Shown here one piece after another: positions 23,201 to 32,690 of a stretch of DNA of 64,000 bases (its first letter is position 1; the number at the start of each line of letters is the position of its first letter). Where the stretch lies: the IMG/VR virus record IMGVR_UViG_3300032677_001293; one strand, given 5' to 3'. Origin of the DNA: a virus. Below the pieces are notes generated by a model. That model saw only the letters and a list, made by a program, of their open reading frames with translations. It was not told where the DNA came from and ran no database searches. The translations under genes and the position numbers were made by a program.

Positions 23201-26200
23201 GGAAATGTAACTGGTGGTAATATTAATACTGCTGGCATTGTAAGTGCTACTGGTAACATTTATGGTAATAATTTAGTTATAAACAATATTGAATCTGTAA
23301 CAGGAAATATTTCTGGCGGAAACATTTTAACTACTGGTCAAGTAAGTGCTACTGGTAATGTAAGTGGTGGCAATGTTAATACTACAGTAGTTAATAGTAC
23401 AAGTACATTAACACTTGGCGCTCTTAGCGGAATTACATTATCATCAGTTGGTAATATCAATGTAAGTAACTCAGTTATTAACAATTTAGGTGCGCCAGTA
23501 AACAATAATGATGCGGCAACTAAATTGTATGTTGATACTGTAGCACAAGGTTTAAGCGCAAAGGCTTCAGCAAATGCGGCATCCACAACATCCATTAGTC
23601 CATATACATATAGTCAAGGTAATGCTGGCATTGGCGCAACACTTGTTGCTTCTTCAAATGGAGCATTAATATTAGATACTATTGCTGTTACAGCAAATGC
23701 TCGTGTTCTTATTAAGAACGAAGTTGGTAATTATGTTAATAATACAACTCAAAGCGCTGCGTTTAATGGTATCTATCTTGTTACACAAACAGGTAATGCC
23801 ACAGCACCGTATATCTTAACTCGTACAACTGACGATGATACATCATCTCAAATTCCAGATGCTTTCATATTCATCGAACAAGGTGCTACACAAGCTGATA
23901 CTGGCTGGGTTTGTTTAACAGATCCTCCTGTAACAGTAGGTATCACATCAATTAGTTGGACACAATTCTCTGGAGCTGGTTCATATACAGCAAATACATC
24001 GGCTGGTTTAAGTTTAACTGGAACAGTATTCAGTGCTCAAGTAGATGGTGTAACAACAACCTTTGATACTAATGGTAATATTATTGTTAAAGCAAGTGCT
24101 AATTTAACCACACCGAATATTGGCAACGCTACTGGTAATAGTTTAGTCGTTTCAGGCAATGGATTAATTCAAGGTACTAATTTAAGTGCTACTGCTAATA
24201 TTATTGCTGGTAATGTTAATACTGCTGGGCTAGTAAGTGCTACAGGTAATATAATTGGTGGAAATATTACAACCGCTGGGTTAGTAAGTGCTACTGGTAC
24301 AATTACTTCTGGTGCTAATATTACTGGCGGAAATATACTAACTAGTGGATTAGTATCTGTTACTGGCACCATTACAAGTGGCGGCAATATTACTTCTGGA
24401 AATATTTTAAGTGCTGGATTAATTAGTACAACTGGTAACGCTATTCACGGCAATGTTACAACTGCTGGATTAATAAGTGCCACTGGTAATATTACAGGCA
24501 ATTATATAATTGGTAACGGTTCACAATTAACATCAATTACAGGTGCTAATGTTACGGGTCAAGTAGCTAATGCATTAATTGCCGGCACAGTTTACACAAA
24601 TGCTCAACCAAACATTACTAGTGTTGGTACATTAAGTTCATTAAGCGTAAGTGGTAATGCTACAAGCGGCAATTTATTAAGTGCTGGATTAATTAGTGTC
24701 ACTGGTAATGCTACAGCAGGAAATATCACAACTGCTGGATTAATTAGTGCTACAGGTAATGTAACTGGTAATTATTTTATTGGTAATGGTAGTCAATTAA
24801 CAGGTGTTGCGGCATCTAGTGTTAATGCTAATGCTTTAGTAGGCAATACATTAAGTTCAAATGTTACAATTAGTAGCTTAACTACAGTTGGCACCTTAAG
24901 TTCGTTAAGCGTAGCAGGAAATACTCAAACAGGTAATTTACTAACTGCTGGTATTGTAAGTGCTACTGGTAATGTTACTGGTAATTATATTTTAGGTAAT
25001 GGCGCTTTCTTAACTGGTGTAATTACAAGTGTAGCGAATATTAATAACGGTACAAGTAATGTATCTATTGCTAGTGCTAATGCTAACGTTACTGTTGGTG
25101 TAAGTGGCGTAGGTAATATTGCTGTATTTGCCACAACAGGTGAATATGTAACTGGACTTGTTAGTGCTACTGGTAATTTATATGGTAATCATGTTTTAGC
25201 TACACTAAGCGTTAGTGCTGGCGCAAACATTAGAGCTAACCTTGGCGTATATGGTAATGGAATATATTCTAGTGGCGACATGACTGCTACTGGTAATATT
25301 TCTGTAACTGGAAATATTAGTGCGGCTGGTAACATTTTTGGTGGCGGTGTAAACTCAACTACAAGTGCTACACCTCCAAGTAGTCCATCCGTTGGCGACT
25401 TCTGGTACAATACAACAACTAATGTACAGTATCGTTATACATTTGATGGCACAAGTTACTTCTGGTTAGACGATTATGGCTCAAGTGCTGGTGTAAATGG
25501 TACATTTAATGCTATTACAAATGGCACAAGTAATGTAAACATTTCTACTGCTAATGCTAATATTGCTGTAACAGTAAACAACACACCTAATGTTGTTGTT
25601 TGGGCAACAACTGGTGAATATGTAACTGGCGTAATTAGTGCTAGTGGCAATATCAGCGCACCGTATTTCTTAGGTAATGTAATTGGTAATATTTCTGGTA
25701 ACTTAATTGTACCAGGCGCAAATACACAAGTACTTTATAACCTTAACGGCGATGCTGGCGCAAGCGCAGGGTTTACATTCAATCAAGCGTCAAATGCTAT
25801 GACAGTTAGTGGTAATATTACTGCTAATAATTTAAGTTTAACAGGTAACATTATTCCTAGTGCTGCTAATACATACACATTAGGTAATGCTACAAATACA
25901 TGGCAAGAAGTTTATGTAGGTCCAAGTTCATTATACATTGGTGGCAATGCGTTAAGCGCAGTTAATGGTGTATTATCATTTAACGGTGCTAATGTTGTAA
26001 CAACAACAACTCCTACTGGCAATATTTCTGTAACAGGTAATATTACAGCGAATTACTATATTGGCAATGGTTCATTATTAACTTCATTAACAGGAGCTAA
26101 TGTAACTGGTACAGTGGCTAATGCGACATACGCATTGTCAGCTGGATCTGCGGTTGGAACAGCGGCTACCGTAACAACAAATGCACAACCAAATATTACA

Positions 26201-26926
26201 AGTGTTGGTACACTATCAAGTTTAACATCAACTGGTTTAATCAGTACAACAGGAAATGTAAGTGCTAATTATGTTATTGGTAACGGTTCACTATTAACTT
26301 CACTAACAGGTGCTAACATAACTGGTACTGTAGCTAATGCGACTTATGCGTTAAGCGCAGGTTCTGCTGTTGGTACAGCGGCTACGGTTACAACTAATGC
26401 TCAACCAAATATTACTAGTGTTGGCACATTAACAAGTGTAACATCGTCTGGCACAATTAGTACAACTGGTTCAGTATTAGCAGCAACATTATCTGCTAGT
26501 GGTTCAGTATATGGTACTGTGTTTAGTGGAAAAGCTACTACAGCACAATACGCTGACTTGGCAGAAAATTATGTAGCTGATGCCGACTATGAGCCAGGTA
26601 CTGTTGTTATATTTGGCGGCGAAAAAGAAATTACAGTAACTGATGTACATCAAGATACACGCATGGCAGGTATTATATCAACTGATCCAGCATACTTGAT
26701 GAACTCAACTATAGATGGCTTACCAGTAGCGTTAACAGGTCGTGTACCATGTAAAGTAGTTGGCGCAATACGCAAAGGCGACAGATTGGTTAGTAGTGGA
26801 ATAAAAGGTGTAGCCACTGTTTTAGATCCTACTAAATACCAGCCTGGGTGTATAATAGGTAAAGCGTTAGAGGACTATGATTCCGATAAGGTAGGAGTAA
26901 TTGAAGTAGCAGTAGGAAGATACTAA
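20261..26926 (+). CDS. Giant repetitive tail fibre with C-terminal intramolecular chaperone domain
   Basis: 2221 aa; MAFPxSP N-terminus, GANVTGTVANATYA and NAQPNITSVG repeats, C-terminal 'AQYADLAENY...GVIEVAVGRY'. Confidence 0.75.
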   Translation: MAFPTSPINGQTAVVNNITYTYSTATNSWTRTPSGFVNINASGNVTAGGNIQGNLIIGNGYYLTNINSANIVGSYGDANVTALLNTGLSGNVIPSANNVYNLGSPTNQWAELYLSGNSVYFNGTALSGNATTLTYGGNAVIVANSAGSISIVGNVTANYIIGNGSLLTSLNGANVTGTVANATYAVSAGTAGTVTTNAQPNITSTGTLTSLSVSGNAQLGNVSTAGFVSATGNLTAGNLLINSNANILGNLNVQGNVTFVNSNVITVNDLYIELANNQTTYANINGAGLNVGQTGNVLTNWTYNYTSNAWTTNVGVSATGNISGNYIIGNGALLTNINASNIVGAYSNANVAAYLPTYSGNITAGNISVTGNVTANYHIGNGATLSSITGANVTGTVANATYALSAGSAVGTAATVTTNAQPNITSVGTLTSLSVTGNTQSGNLLTAGLISATGTITGGNVVVPPYGAVLANTITMSGNANIVPQLQVGSALNSNGLIQIYNGSSFNVIRLDGSDSSISATGNIIGGNIFTAGSISATGNVTANYHIGNGATLSSITGANVTGTVANATYATSAGTATSATTAGTVTTNAQPNITSVGTLTSLTSTGLISTTGNISGNYILGNGSQLTGIITSVSNVVNGGSNLNIGAANANVTISVSTVGNVAVFTPTGVSVLGTVTANGNVTGGNINTAGLVSATGNLVGGNITTAGLVSATGNVTGNYIIGNGSQLTSITGANVTGTVANATYALSAGSAVGTAATVTTNAQPNITSVGTLTSLTSTGLISTTGNVSANYVIGNGSLLSSITGANVTGTVANATYALSAGSAVGTAATVTTNAQPNITSVGTLTSLSVSGNATSGNILTAGLISATGNVTGNYFIGNGSQLTGVTASGVAANALTGNTLSSNVIYSSLTTVGTLANLSVAGNTTSGNLLTGGLLSVSGTITSGGNISAGNVTTTGLVSATGNATVGNLTTGGQVTALGNVTGGNINTAGIVSATGNIYGNNLVINNIESVTGNISGGNILTTGQVSATGNVSGGNVNTTVVNSTSTLTLGALSGITLSSVGNINVSNSVINNLGAPVNNNDAATKLYVDTVAQGLSAKASANAASTTSISPYTYSQGNAGIGATLVASSNGALILDTIAVTANARVLIKNEVGNYVNNTTQSAAFNGIYLVTQTGNATAPYILTRTTDDDTSSQIPDAFIFIEQGATQADTGWVCLTDPPVTVGITSISWTQFSGAGSYTANTSAGLSLTGTVFSAQVDGVTTTFDTNGNIIVKASANLTTPNIGNATGNSLVVSGNGLIQGTNLSATANIIAGNVNTAGLVSATGNIIGGNITTAGLVSATGTITSGANITGGNILTSGLVSVTGTITSGGNITSGNILSAGLISTTGNAIHGNVTTAGLISATGNITGNYIIGNGSQLTSITGANVTGQVANALIAGTVYTNAQPNITSVGTLSSLSVSGNATSGNLLSAGLISVTGNATAGNITTAGLISATGNVTGNYFIGNGSQLTGVAASSVNANALVGNTLSSNVTISSLTTVGTLSSLSVAGNTQTGNLLTAGIVSATGNVTGNYILGNGAFLTGVITSVANINNGTSNVSIASANANVTVGVSGVGNIAVFATTGEYVTGLVSATGNLYGNHVLATLSVSAGANIRANLGVYGNGIYSSGDMTATGNISVTGNISAAGNIFGGGVNSTTSATPPSSPSVGDFWYNTTTNVQYRYTFDGTSYFWLDDYGSSAGVNGTFNAITNGTSNVNISTANANIAVTVNNTPNVVVWATTGEYVTGVISASGNISAPYFLGNVIGNISGNLIVPGANTQVLYNLNGDAGASAGFTFNQASNAMTVSGNITANNLSLTGNIIPSAANTYTLGNATNTWQEVYVGPSSLYIGGNALSAVNGVLSFNGANVVTTTTPTGNISVTGNITANYYIGNGSLLTSLTGANVTGTVANATYALSAGSAVGTAATVTTNAQPNITSVGTLSSLTSTGLISTTGNVSANYVIGNGSLLTSLTGANITGTVANATYALSAGSAVGTAATVTTNAQPNITSVGTLTSVTSSGTISTTGSVLAATLSASGSVYGTVFSGKATTAQYADLAENYVADADYEPGTVVIFGGEKEITVTDVHQDTRMAGIISTDPAYLMNSTIDGLPVALTGRVPCKVVGAIRKGDRLVSSGIKGVATVLDPTKYQPGCIIGKALEDYDSDKVGVIEVAVGRY

Positions 26927-26928
26927 TA

Positions 26929-29900
26929 ATGGCATTTCCTTTAAGCCCGACAAACGGACAAACGGCTAGCATAAACAATATTGTTTATGTATATTCGTCA
27001 ACTACAAACACATGGACTAGAACTGCTCCGGGCTTTGGTAACATTGGAGCCTCGGGCAACATTTCTGCTATAGGAAGTATTTCTGCGGCAGGTAATGTCT
27101 ACGGAAATTATATTGTCGGTAATGTAACTGGAACAGTAACTAACGCTATTACAGTAACAGGTAATGCTCAACCAAATATTACATCTGTTGGCACATTAAC
27201 AAGTTTAACATCTACTGGGTTAATTAGTACAACAGGTAATGTATCGGGCAATTACATTTTAGGTAATGCTAGTCAACTATCAAATGTTAATGCTAACACA
27301 ATTAACACTACCTTTATCGGTACTGCTAATACTTACTATCTTGATTTTGTTGCCGCAGATGGAGCAAATAATCAAACAGTATATAATTCACCATTTTTAA
27401 CTTATATACCAACTTCTGGATTACTGGGAGTTTCAGCGTTAACTGCTACTGGTAACATTAGTGGAAATTATATTATTGGTAACGGTAGCCAACTTACTGG
27501 ATTACCAGCTGGATACGCTAATAGTAATGTAGTATCTTATGCTCAATCGGGTTGGGCTGGAAACATTATTCCAAGTTCAGCTAATACATACACACTAGGT
27601 AATGCTACCAATTATTGGCAAGAAGTTTTTGTAGGCCCAAGTTCACTGTACATCGGTGGTAATGCTTTAAGTGCTGTTAATGGTGTATTAGCATTTAATG
27701 GATCTAATGTTGTACTAACAACAACTCCAGGGGTTATTTCTACAACTGGCAATATTATTGGCGGAAATTTAATAACAGCTGGGTATGTTAGTGCCACTGG
27801 CAATATTACAGGTAATTATATTATTGGTAACGGATCACAATTAACTGGACTACCAGCTAGTTATGGCAACGCCAATGTAGCCGCTTACTTACCAACATAT
27901 ACAGGAAATTTAACTGCTGACAATATTAGTGTTACTGGAAATGTAACAGCTAATTATGTTATTGGTAACGGCGCAATATTATCAAGTATTACTGGTGCTA
28001 ATGTAACTGGTACTGTAGCTAACGCAACTTATGCCTTGAGTGCTGGTTCTGCTGTTGGCACAGCGGCTACTGTTACTACAAACGCACAACCAAACATTAC
28101 TAGTGTTGGTACGCTGACATCATTAAGTGTAAGCGGTAATACTACTAGTGGAAATATTTTAACTGCTGGACAATTAAGTGCTACTGGAAATTTATCAGGC
28201 GGCAATTTATACATACCTGGTAGTGCTAATATTCTTGGCAATTTAAATGTTCAAGGTAATGTTACTTTTATCAATAGTAATGTTATTACAGTTAATGATT
28301 TATACATTGAATTAGCCAACAATCAAACTACTTACGCTAATATTAACGGCGCTGGATTAGCAGTTGGACCGAATGGCAGTGCATTAACATATTGGCAATA
28401 TAATACAGGATCTAACGCTTGGACTACCAATGTTGGCGTTAGCGCAAGCGGAAATGTTACCGGTAATTATTATATTGGTAATGGCGCAACATTATCAAGT
28501 ATTACAGGTGCTAACGTAACTGGTACTGTAGCTAATGCGACTTATGCTATATCTGCGGGTACAGCAACTTCTGCGACAACTGCCGGGACAGTAACTACTA
28601 ATGCTCAACCAAATATTACAAGTGTTGGCACACTAACAAGTTTAAGTATAAGTGGCAATACTACTTCAGGTAATATTTTAACTAATGGATTTGTAAGCGC
28701 CACTGGCACTGCAGTTACTGGAGTCAATGCCGCTCAATTTGGTACACCTAATGTATCATTACACGCTAATGCTGTAGTAACATCTGCTGGTAATTCTAAT
28801 CAAAGCGCACAATTCGCTTTTCAAAATTTCAGTAATGGTTCCTTAGCATCCACTGACTTAGCATTATATAATAACCAAGGCACAGACAGCACATACTTTA
28901 TTGACATGGGTATCTTAGGCAGTAGTTACGACGCTGCTAATCAAGGATTTAATGTTGCTGGAGCAAATGACGGTTACTTATATGTAACTGGTAATAGTCA
29001 AACTGGCCCTGTTAATTCAGGAGCCAATGTTGGTAATTTAATTCTTGGCACTACTAATGGTCAAATTATTGCGTTTGTTGGCAACACATCTAATGCTAAT
29101 ATTGTTACAGTAACAAGTAATACAGGTTTTGCTGTCACTGGAAATATTAGTGCTAATGGATTAATAACTGGCGGAACATTATCCACTACTGGCGTAGTTT
29201 ACGGCGGAAATATTGCGGCCAACGGAAACATTACTACTGGCAATCTTAGTGCTACTGGTAATATTGTAGGTAGCTACTTTATTGGTAATGGCTCGCAATT
29301 AACTGGATTACCAGCAGGAAATTATAGTAATGCCAATGTAGCCGCTTACTTACCAACATATACCGGCAATTTAACTGCTGGCAATATAACAACTACTGGA
29401 TTAGTAAGTGCTAGTGGAAATATTAATACGTCGGGCAATATTAATCAAGCAGGTACTGGAAATATTAACGGCTACAACGGATATTTTAGTAATAACTTTA
29501 CAGTAATTGGAACATTCCAAAGTACAAGTAATATTACATCCAATGGCGCAGGTATTTTCTACGGTAATGTTACAACAGGTGACGGAGCATTATACGCCGG
29601 CGTTCCTGGATTCACCCCATTGGGCTCAGACGTTGTATTACAGTTAGCTGGTAATGTTAATAGCTATAGTCAAATTAATTTTCAAAATATTAATTCAGGA
29701 AGCGGCGCAAGTACTGACTTTATTTTAACTGCTAATAACGGTAACAATTCTGCTTATTACGCCGACTTTGGTATTACTGGTAATAATCACGTTGACCCTG
29801 CGTTCTTTGGTGACAGTTCAACCTTAAATGATATTTACTTGTATGCTGTAGCTACTAATCAAGCAGGTCCAAGTACAACAAGTGGTCCTGGTAATTTAAT

Positions 29901-31833
29901 ACTTGGATCATCAAACGGACAAATTAAGTTATTTGTTGGTAATACTGCCCAAGCAAACGTTATTCAACAAATTAGTTCTATTGGTATTGCTGTTAATGGA
30001 GTAGTTAGTGCTACTGGTAATATCACTGGCAACTATATCTATGGTAACGGTGCTTTCTTAACCGGCATTTCAGGTGGTGGCAATGGCGGCGGAAATGGCA
30101 CAGCTATTCTTAACGGATCAAGTAATGTAAACATTGCGACAGCCAACGGTAATATTACAGTAGGTGTAAGCGGAGTAGGCAATGTTGTTACTTGGGCACC
30201 AACAGGCGAATATGTGTCAGGTGTAATTAGTGCTACTGGTAACATCACTGGTGGAAACATTGTAACAGGTACTGGTACTGGCGGTAACCTTACTGGTGCT
30301 AACGTCATCAGTGCTAACACATTTGTTGCTACAGCTAATATAAGTGCTATTGGTAATATTACAGGCAGTTATATTTTAGGTAACGGCGCATTGTTAACTG
30401 GAGTTAGTACTAGTTCAAGTAATATTAATAACGGTACAAGTAACGTAACAGTAACTGGTTCTGGTGCCAACGTTACTGTAGGTGTTGGAGGTACTGCTAA
30501 CGTTGCGGTATTTGCTTCGACTGGTGAATATGTAACTGGTGTAATTAGTGCCACCGGTAATATTACAGGTGGCAATCTTAATGTTCCATTTGGTGGTGTT
30601 ATTATTGCTAGTAATATTGTTGTTCAAGGCGCCGGTAGTAATCTTACTGTCTCCAATGGTGCAATACTACAGTTAAGTGGAAGTGCTGTGTGTTCGCTTT
30701 CCAGTCCTGCTGTTATCAGTGGCACGGGTAACATAACTGCCGGTAATATTGCTGGTGGTAATGTCCTAACAGGTGGTATTGTCAGCGCCACCGGTAATAT
30801 TACTGTTGGTAATATTGGAACTTCTGGTTTAGCAAGCGTTGTTGGTAACGTACAAGCTGGTAACATTAGAACAGTTGGATTAATTACAGCTACAGGTAAC
30901 ATTACTGGTGGTAACATATTAACTGTTGGATTGATATCGGCTACAAGTACTATAACAAGTGCGGCTAATATTATTGGTGGCAATATTACAACTGTTGGAT
31001 TATTGTCGGCTACAAGTACTATAACAAGTGCGGCTAATATTATTGGTGGTAATATCCTCACCGCTGGCATAATGTCAAGTACTGGAAACATCACCGCTGG
31101 TAATATAATTATTCCGGGCGCCTTTGGCCAAGTAGCTATAATCAATGGAACTTTGAATGTAACTGGTACATCTATTGTTCGCCTAGCCAATGCTTCTGGC
31201 TCAAATACTGTAGTACTTGATTCTCTCCTTGGTACTGTCAGTGCTACAGGCAACGTTACAGGTAACTATTTCATTGGTAATGGTAGTCAATTAACTGGTA
31301 TTATAGCCAGTGCTGGAGCTGCTATTACTAATGGAAACTCCAATGTCACGGTCAATGCCAATGCCAATGTAACTGTTGGTGTAACCGGTACAAGTAATGT
31401 GGTCGTTGTTGCGCCAACTGGCGAATATGTCACTGGCGTTGTCAGTGCCACTGGCAATGTTACAACACCTAATACTATAAGTGGCGGTACAATAACTGCT
31501 ACTGGTAACGTGTTTGACAGTATTGGTCCAGTTAGAAATATTCCAATTAATACTCAGGCGGCAAACTATACCTTAGCAATCACCGACAACGGCAAATTTG
31601 TTAGTACTACATCTAACGTTTTTGTTCCTAATACTATATTTTCTGCTGGTAATGCTATAACATTATTCAATAACTCGGCAGCCAACGTTACTGTGTACGC
31701 AAATACTAGTGTTACTATGTATTTGGCAGGTACAGCTACTACTGGTAACCGTGTGCTAGCACAGCGTGGTATGGCCACTATACTTTGTGTAGCGGCTAAC
31801 ACATTCGTTATTTCTGGCGCAGGACTATTCTAA
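26929..31833 (+). CDS. Giant tail fibre (distal)
   Basis: Same MAFPxSP N-terminus and repeats as ORF 20261, with a different C-terminal domain (NYTLAITDNGK...VISGAGL). Confidence 0.7.
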   Translation: MAFPLSPTNGQTASINNIVYVYSSTTNTWTRTAPGFGNIGASGNISAIGSISAAGNVYGNYIVGNVTGTVTNAITVTGNAQPNITSVGTLTSLTSTGLISTTGNVSGNYILGNASQLSNVNANTINTTFIGTANTYYLDFVAADGANNQTVYNSPFLTYIPTSGLLGVSALTATGNISGNYIIGNGSQLTGLPAGYANSNVVSYAQSGWAGNIIPSSANTYTLGNATNYWQEVFVGPSSLYIGGNALSAVNGVLAFNGSNVVLTTTPGVISTTGNIIGGNLITAGYVSATGNITGNYIIGNGSQLTGLPASYGNANVAAYLPTYTGNLTADNISVTGNVTANYVIGNGAILSSITGANVTGTVANATYALSAGSAVGTAATVTTNAQPNITSVGTLTSLSVSGNTTSGNILTAGQLSATGNLSGGNLYIPGSANILGNLNVQGNVTFINSNVITVNDLYIELANNQTTYANINGAGLAVGPNGSALTYWQYNTGSNAWTTNVGVSASGNVTGNYYIGNGATLSSITGANVTGTVANATYAISAGTATSATTAGTVTTNAQPNITSVGTLTSLSISGNTTSGNILTNGFVSATGTAVTGVNAAQFGTPNVSLHANAVVTSAGNSNQSAQFAFQNFSNGSLASTDLALYNNQGTDSTYFIDMGILGSSYDAANQGFNVAGANDGYLYVTGNSQTGPVNSGANVGNLILGTTNGQIIAFVGNTSNANIVTVTSNTGFAVTGNISANGLITGGTLSTTGVVYGGNIAANGNITTGNLSATGNIVGSYFIGNGSQLTGLPAGNYSNANVAAYLPTYTGNLTAGNITTTGLVSASGNINTSGNINQAGTGNINGYNGYFSNNFTVIGTFQSTSNITSNGAGIFYGNVTTGDGALYAGVPGFTPLGSDVVLQLAGNVNSYSQINFQNINSGSGASTDFILTANNGNNSAYYADFGITGNNHVDPAFFGDSSTLNDIYLYAVATNQAGPSTTSGPGNLILGSSNGQIKLFVGNTAQANVIQQISSIGIAVNGVVSATGNITGNYIYGNGAFLTGISGGGNGGGNGTAILNGSSNVNIATANGNITVGVSGVGNVVTWAPTGEYVSGVISATGNITGGNIVTGTGTGGNLTGANVISANTFVATANISAIGNITGSYILGNGALLTGVSTSSSNINNGTSNVTVTGSGANVTVGVGGTANVAVFASTGEYVTGVISATGNITGGNLNVPFGGVIIASNIVVQGAGSNLTVSNGAILQLSGSAVCSLSSPAVISGTGNITAGNIAGGNVLTGGIVSATGNITVGNIGTSGLASVVGNVQAGNIRTVGLITATGNITGGNILTVGLISATSTITSAANIIGGNITTVGLLSATSTITSAANIIGGNILTAGIMSSTGNITAGNIIIPGAFGQVAIINGTLNVTGTSIVRLANASGSNTVVLDSLLGTVSATGNVTGNYFIGNGSQLTGIIASAGAAITNGNSNVTVNANANVTVGVTGTSNVVVVAPTGEYVTGVVSATGNVTTPNTISGGTITATGNVFDSIGPVRNIPINTQAANYTLAITDNGKFVSTTSNVFVPNTIFSAGNAITLFNNSAANVTVYANTSVTMYLAGTATTGNRVLAQRGMATILCVAANTFVISGAGLF
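30922..31056 (+). repeat. 69-bp in-frame tandem duplication
   Basis: Copies start at 30922 and 30991 and share the identical core tcggctacaagtactataacaagtgcggctaatattattggtgg. Confidence 0.85.
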
Positions 31834-32477
31834 TGACAATGCAATCGGCCTTTGCCGGCACCCCAAACAGTTTTGCTTTTATTGTTACTGCCGCTGGCTC
31901 AGGAAGTATCCTTTCACCCAGTTATGCTGGCAATGCCATAGTAGAAGCCATAGGTGGGGGTGGTAACGGATTTGCCATTGGTACCAGCAATCTGAGTACC
32001 GGAGGTGGTGGTGGGGCCTATGCCCGTAGTACTATTACCGTTACTGGTGGTACTACCACACTATTTTATCTAGTTGGTAGTGCTACTGCCAACAGTTGGG
32101 TCAATACCAGTAATGCTCAACCAACACTTACTACCACAGGTTGCAGTGCCGCATTTGGACGAAACGGTGTATCAGGTACTGCCGGCGCAGGTGGCACCAC
32201 TGCCAACTGCGTAGGTACTACTACATTTGCCGGCGGAGCAGGAGCAGGCGCAAGTAATGCCAACGGTGGTGGTGGTTCAGCAGGTGACACAGGAGCTGGT
32301 CAAAACGGCGTGGCTGGCGCAGGTGGTACGGCAGGCACTGGTACAAATTTACCAGGCGGCACTGGTGGAAGTAGTACCACAGCAGGCATTGCTCCAGGCG
32401 GCGGTGGCGGCTCAGCACGTAACGGAGCTACCCTAGCCGGTGCGGTCAGCTCAATTCGCATAACTTTTACACAATAA
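31833..32477 (+). CDS. Glycine-rich fibre-tip adhesin (polyglycine, gp38-like architecture)
   Basis: GGGG/GGGGGAY/GAGG/APGGGGG motifs; coupled to the distal fibre gene by TAATG. Confidence 0.6.
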   Translation: MTMQSAFAGTPNSFAFIVTAAGSGSILSPSYAGNAIVEAIGGGGNGFAIGTSNLSTGGGGGAYARSTITVTGGTTTLFYLVGSATANSWVNTSNAQPTLTTTGCSAAFGRNGVSGTAGAGGTTANCVGTTTFAGGAGAGASNANGGGGSAGDTGAGQNGVAGAGGTAGTGTNLPGGTGGSSTTAGIAPGGGGGSARNGATLAGAVSSIRITFTQ

Positions 32478-32505
32478 TAGACATAATCAATTAAGGAGAT
32501 TAAAA

Positions 32506-32679
32506 ATGACTGTAGCTGTAGTAGACTCATCTAATACTGTTGTTAATTTAATCGTAGCTGAGGTAACAGATTTACCGCCAGCTGATTGTCAATTAATAGC
32601 GGTGCCTGATTCCAACGATTATTATCCTAACATAGGTGATACTTGGAACGGATCAAATTTTGTACCACAAAGTAGTTAA
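32506..32679 (+). CDS. 57-aa fibre-associated small protein, possibly a chaperone (absent from the ORF track)
   Basis: SD AAGGAG 7 nt before the ATG; translates MTVAVVDSSNTVVNLIVAE...IGDTWNGSNFVPQSS*. Confidence 0.7.
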   Translation: MTVAVVDSSNTVVNLIVAEVTDLPPADCQLIAVPDSNDYYPNIGDTWNGSNFVPQSS

Positions 32680-32690
32680 ACAATTTAATT

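Noticed and set aside
8526-31833. Repeats as a CRISPR array or DGR template/variable repeats
   Set aside because: The repeats are in-frame coding units with synonymous variation. There is no repeat-spacer periodicity, no adenine-specific mismatch pattern was evident, and no cas or reverse transcriptase gene is in the window.
3074-32530. Many minus-strand ORFs (MP.. starts, rich in P/V/L/A/T) within the fibre genes
   Set aside because: They are antisense shadows of the repetitive GGT/AAT/ACT codon pattern, with no SD or promoter, and lie inside long plus-strand genes.
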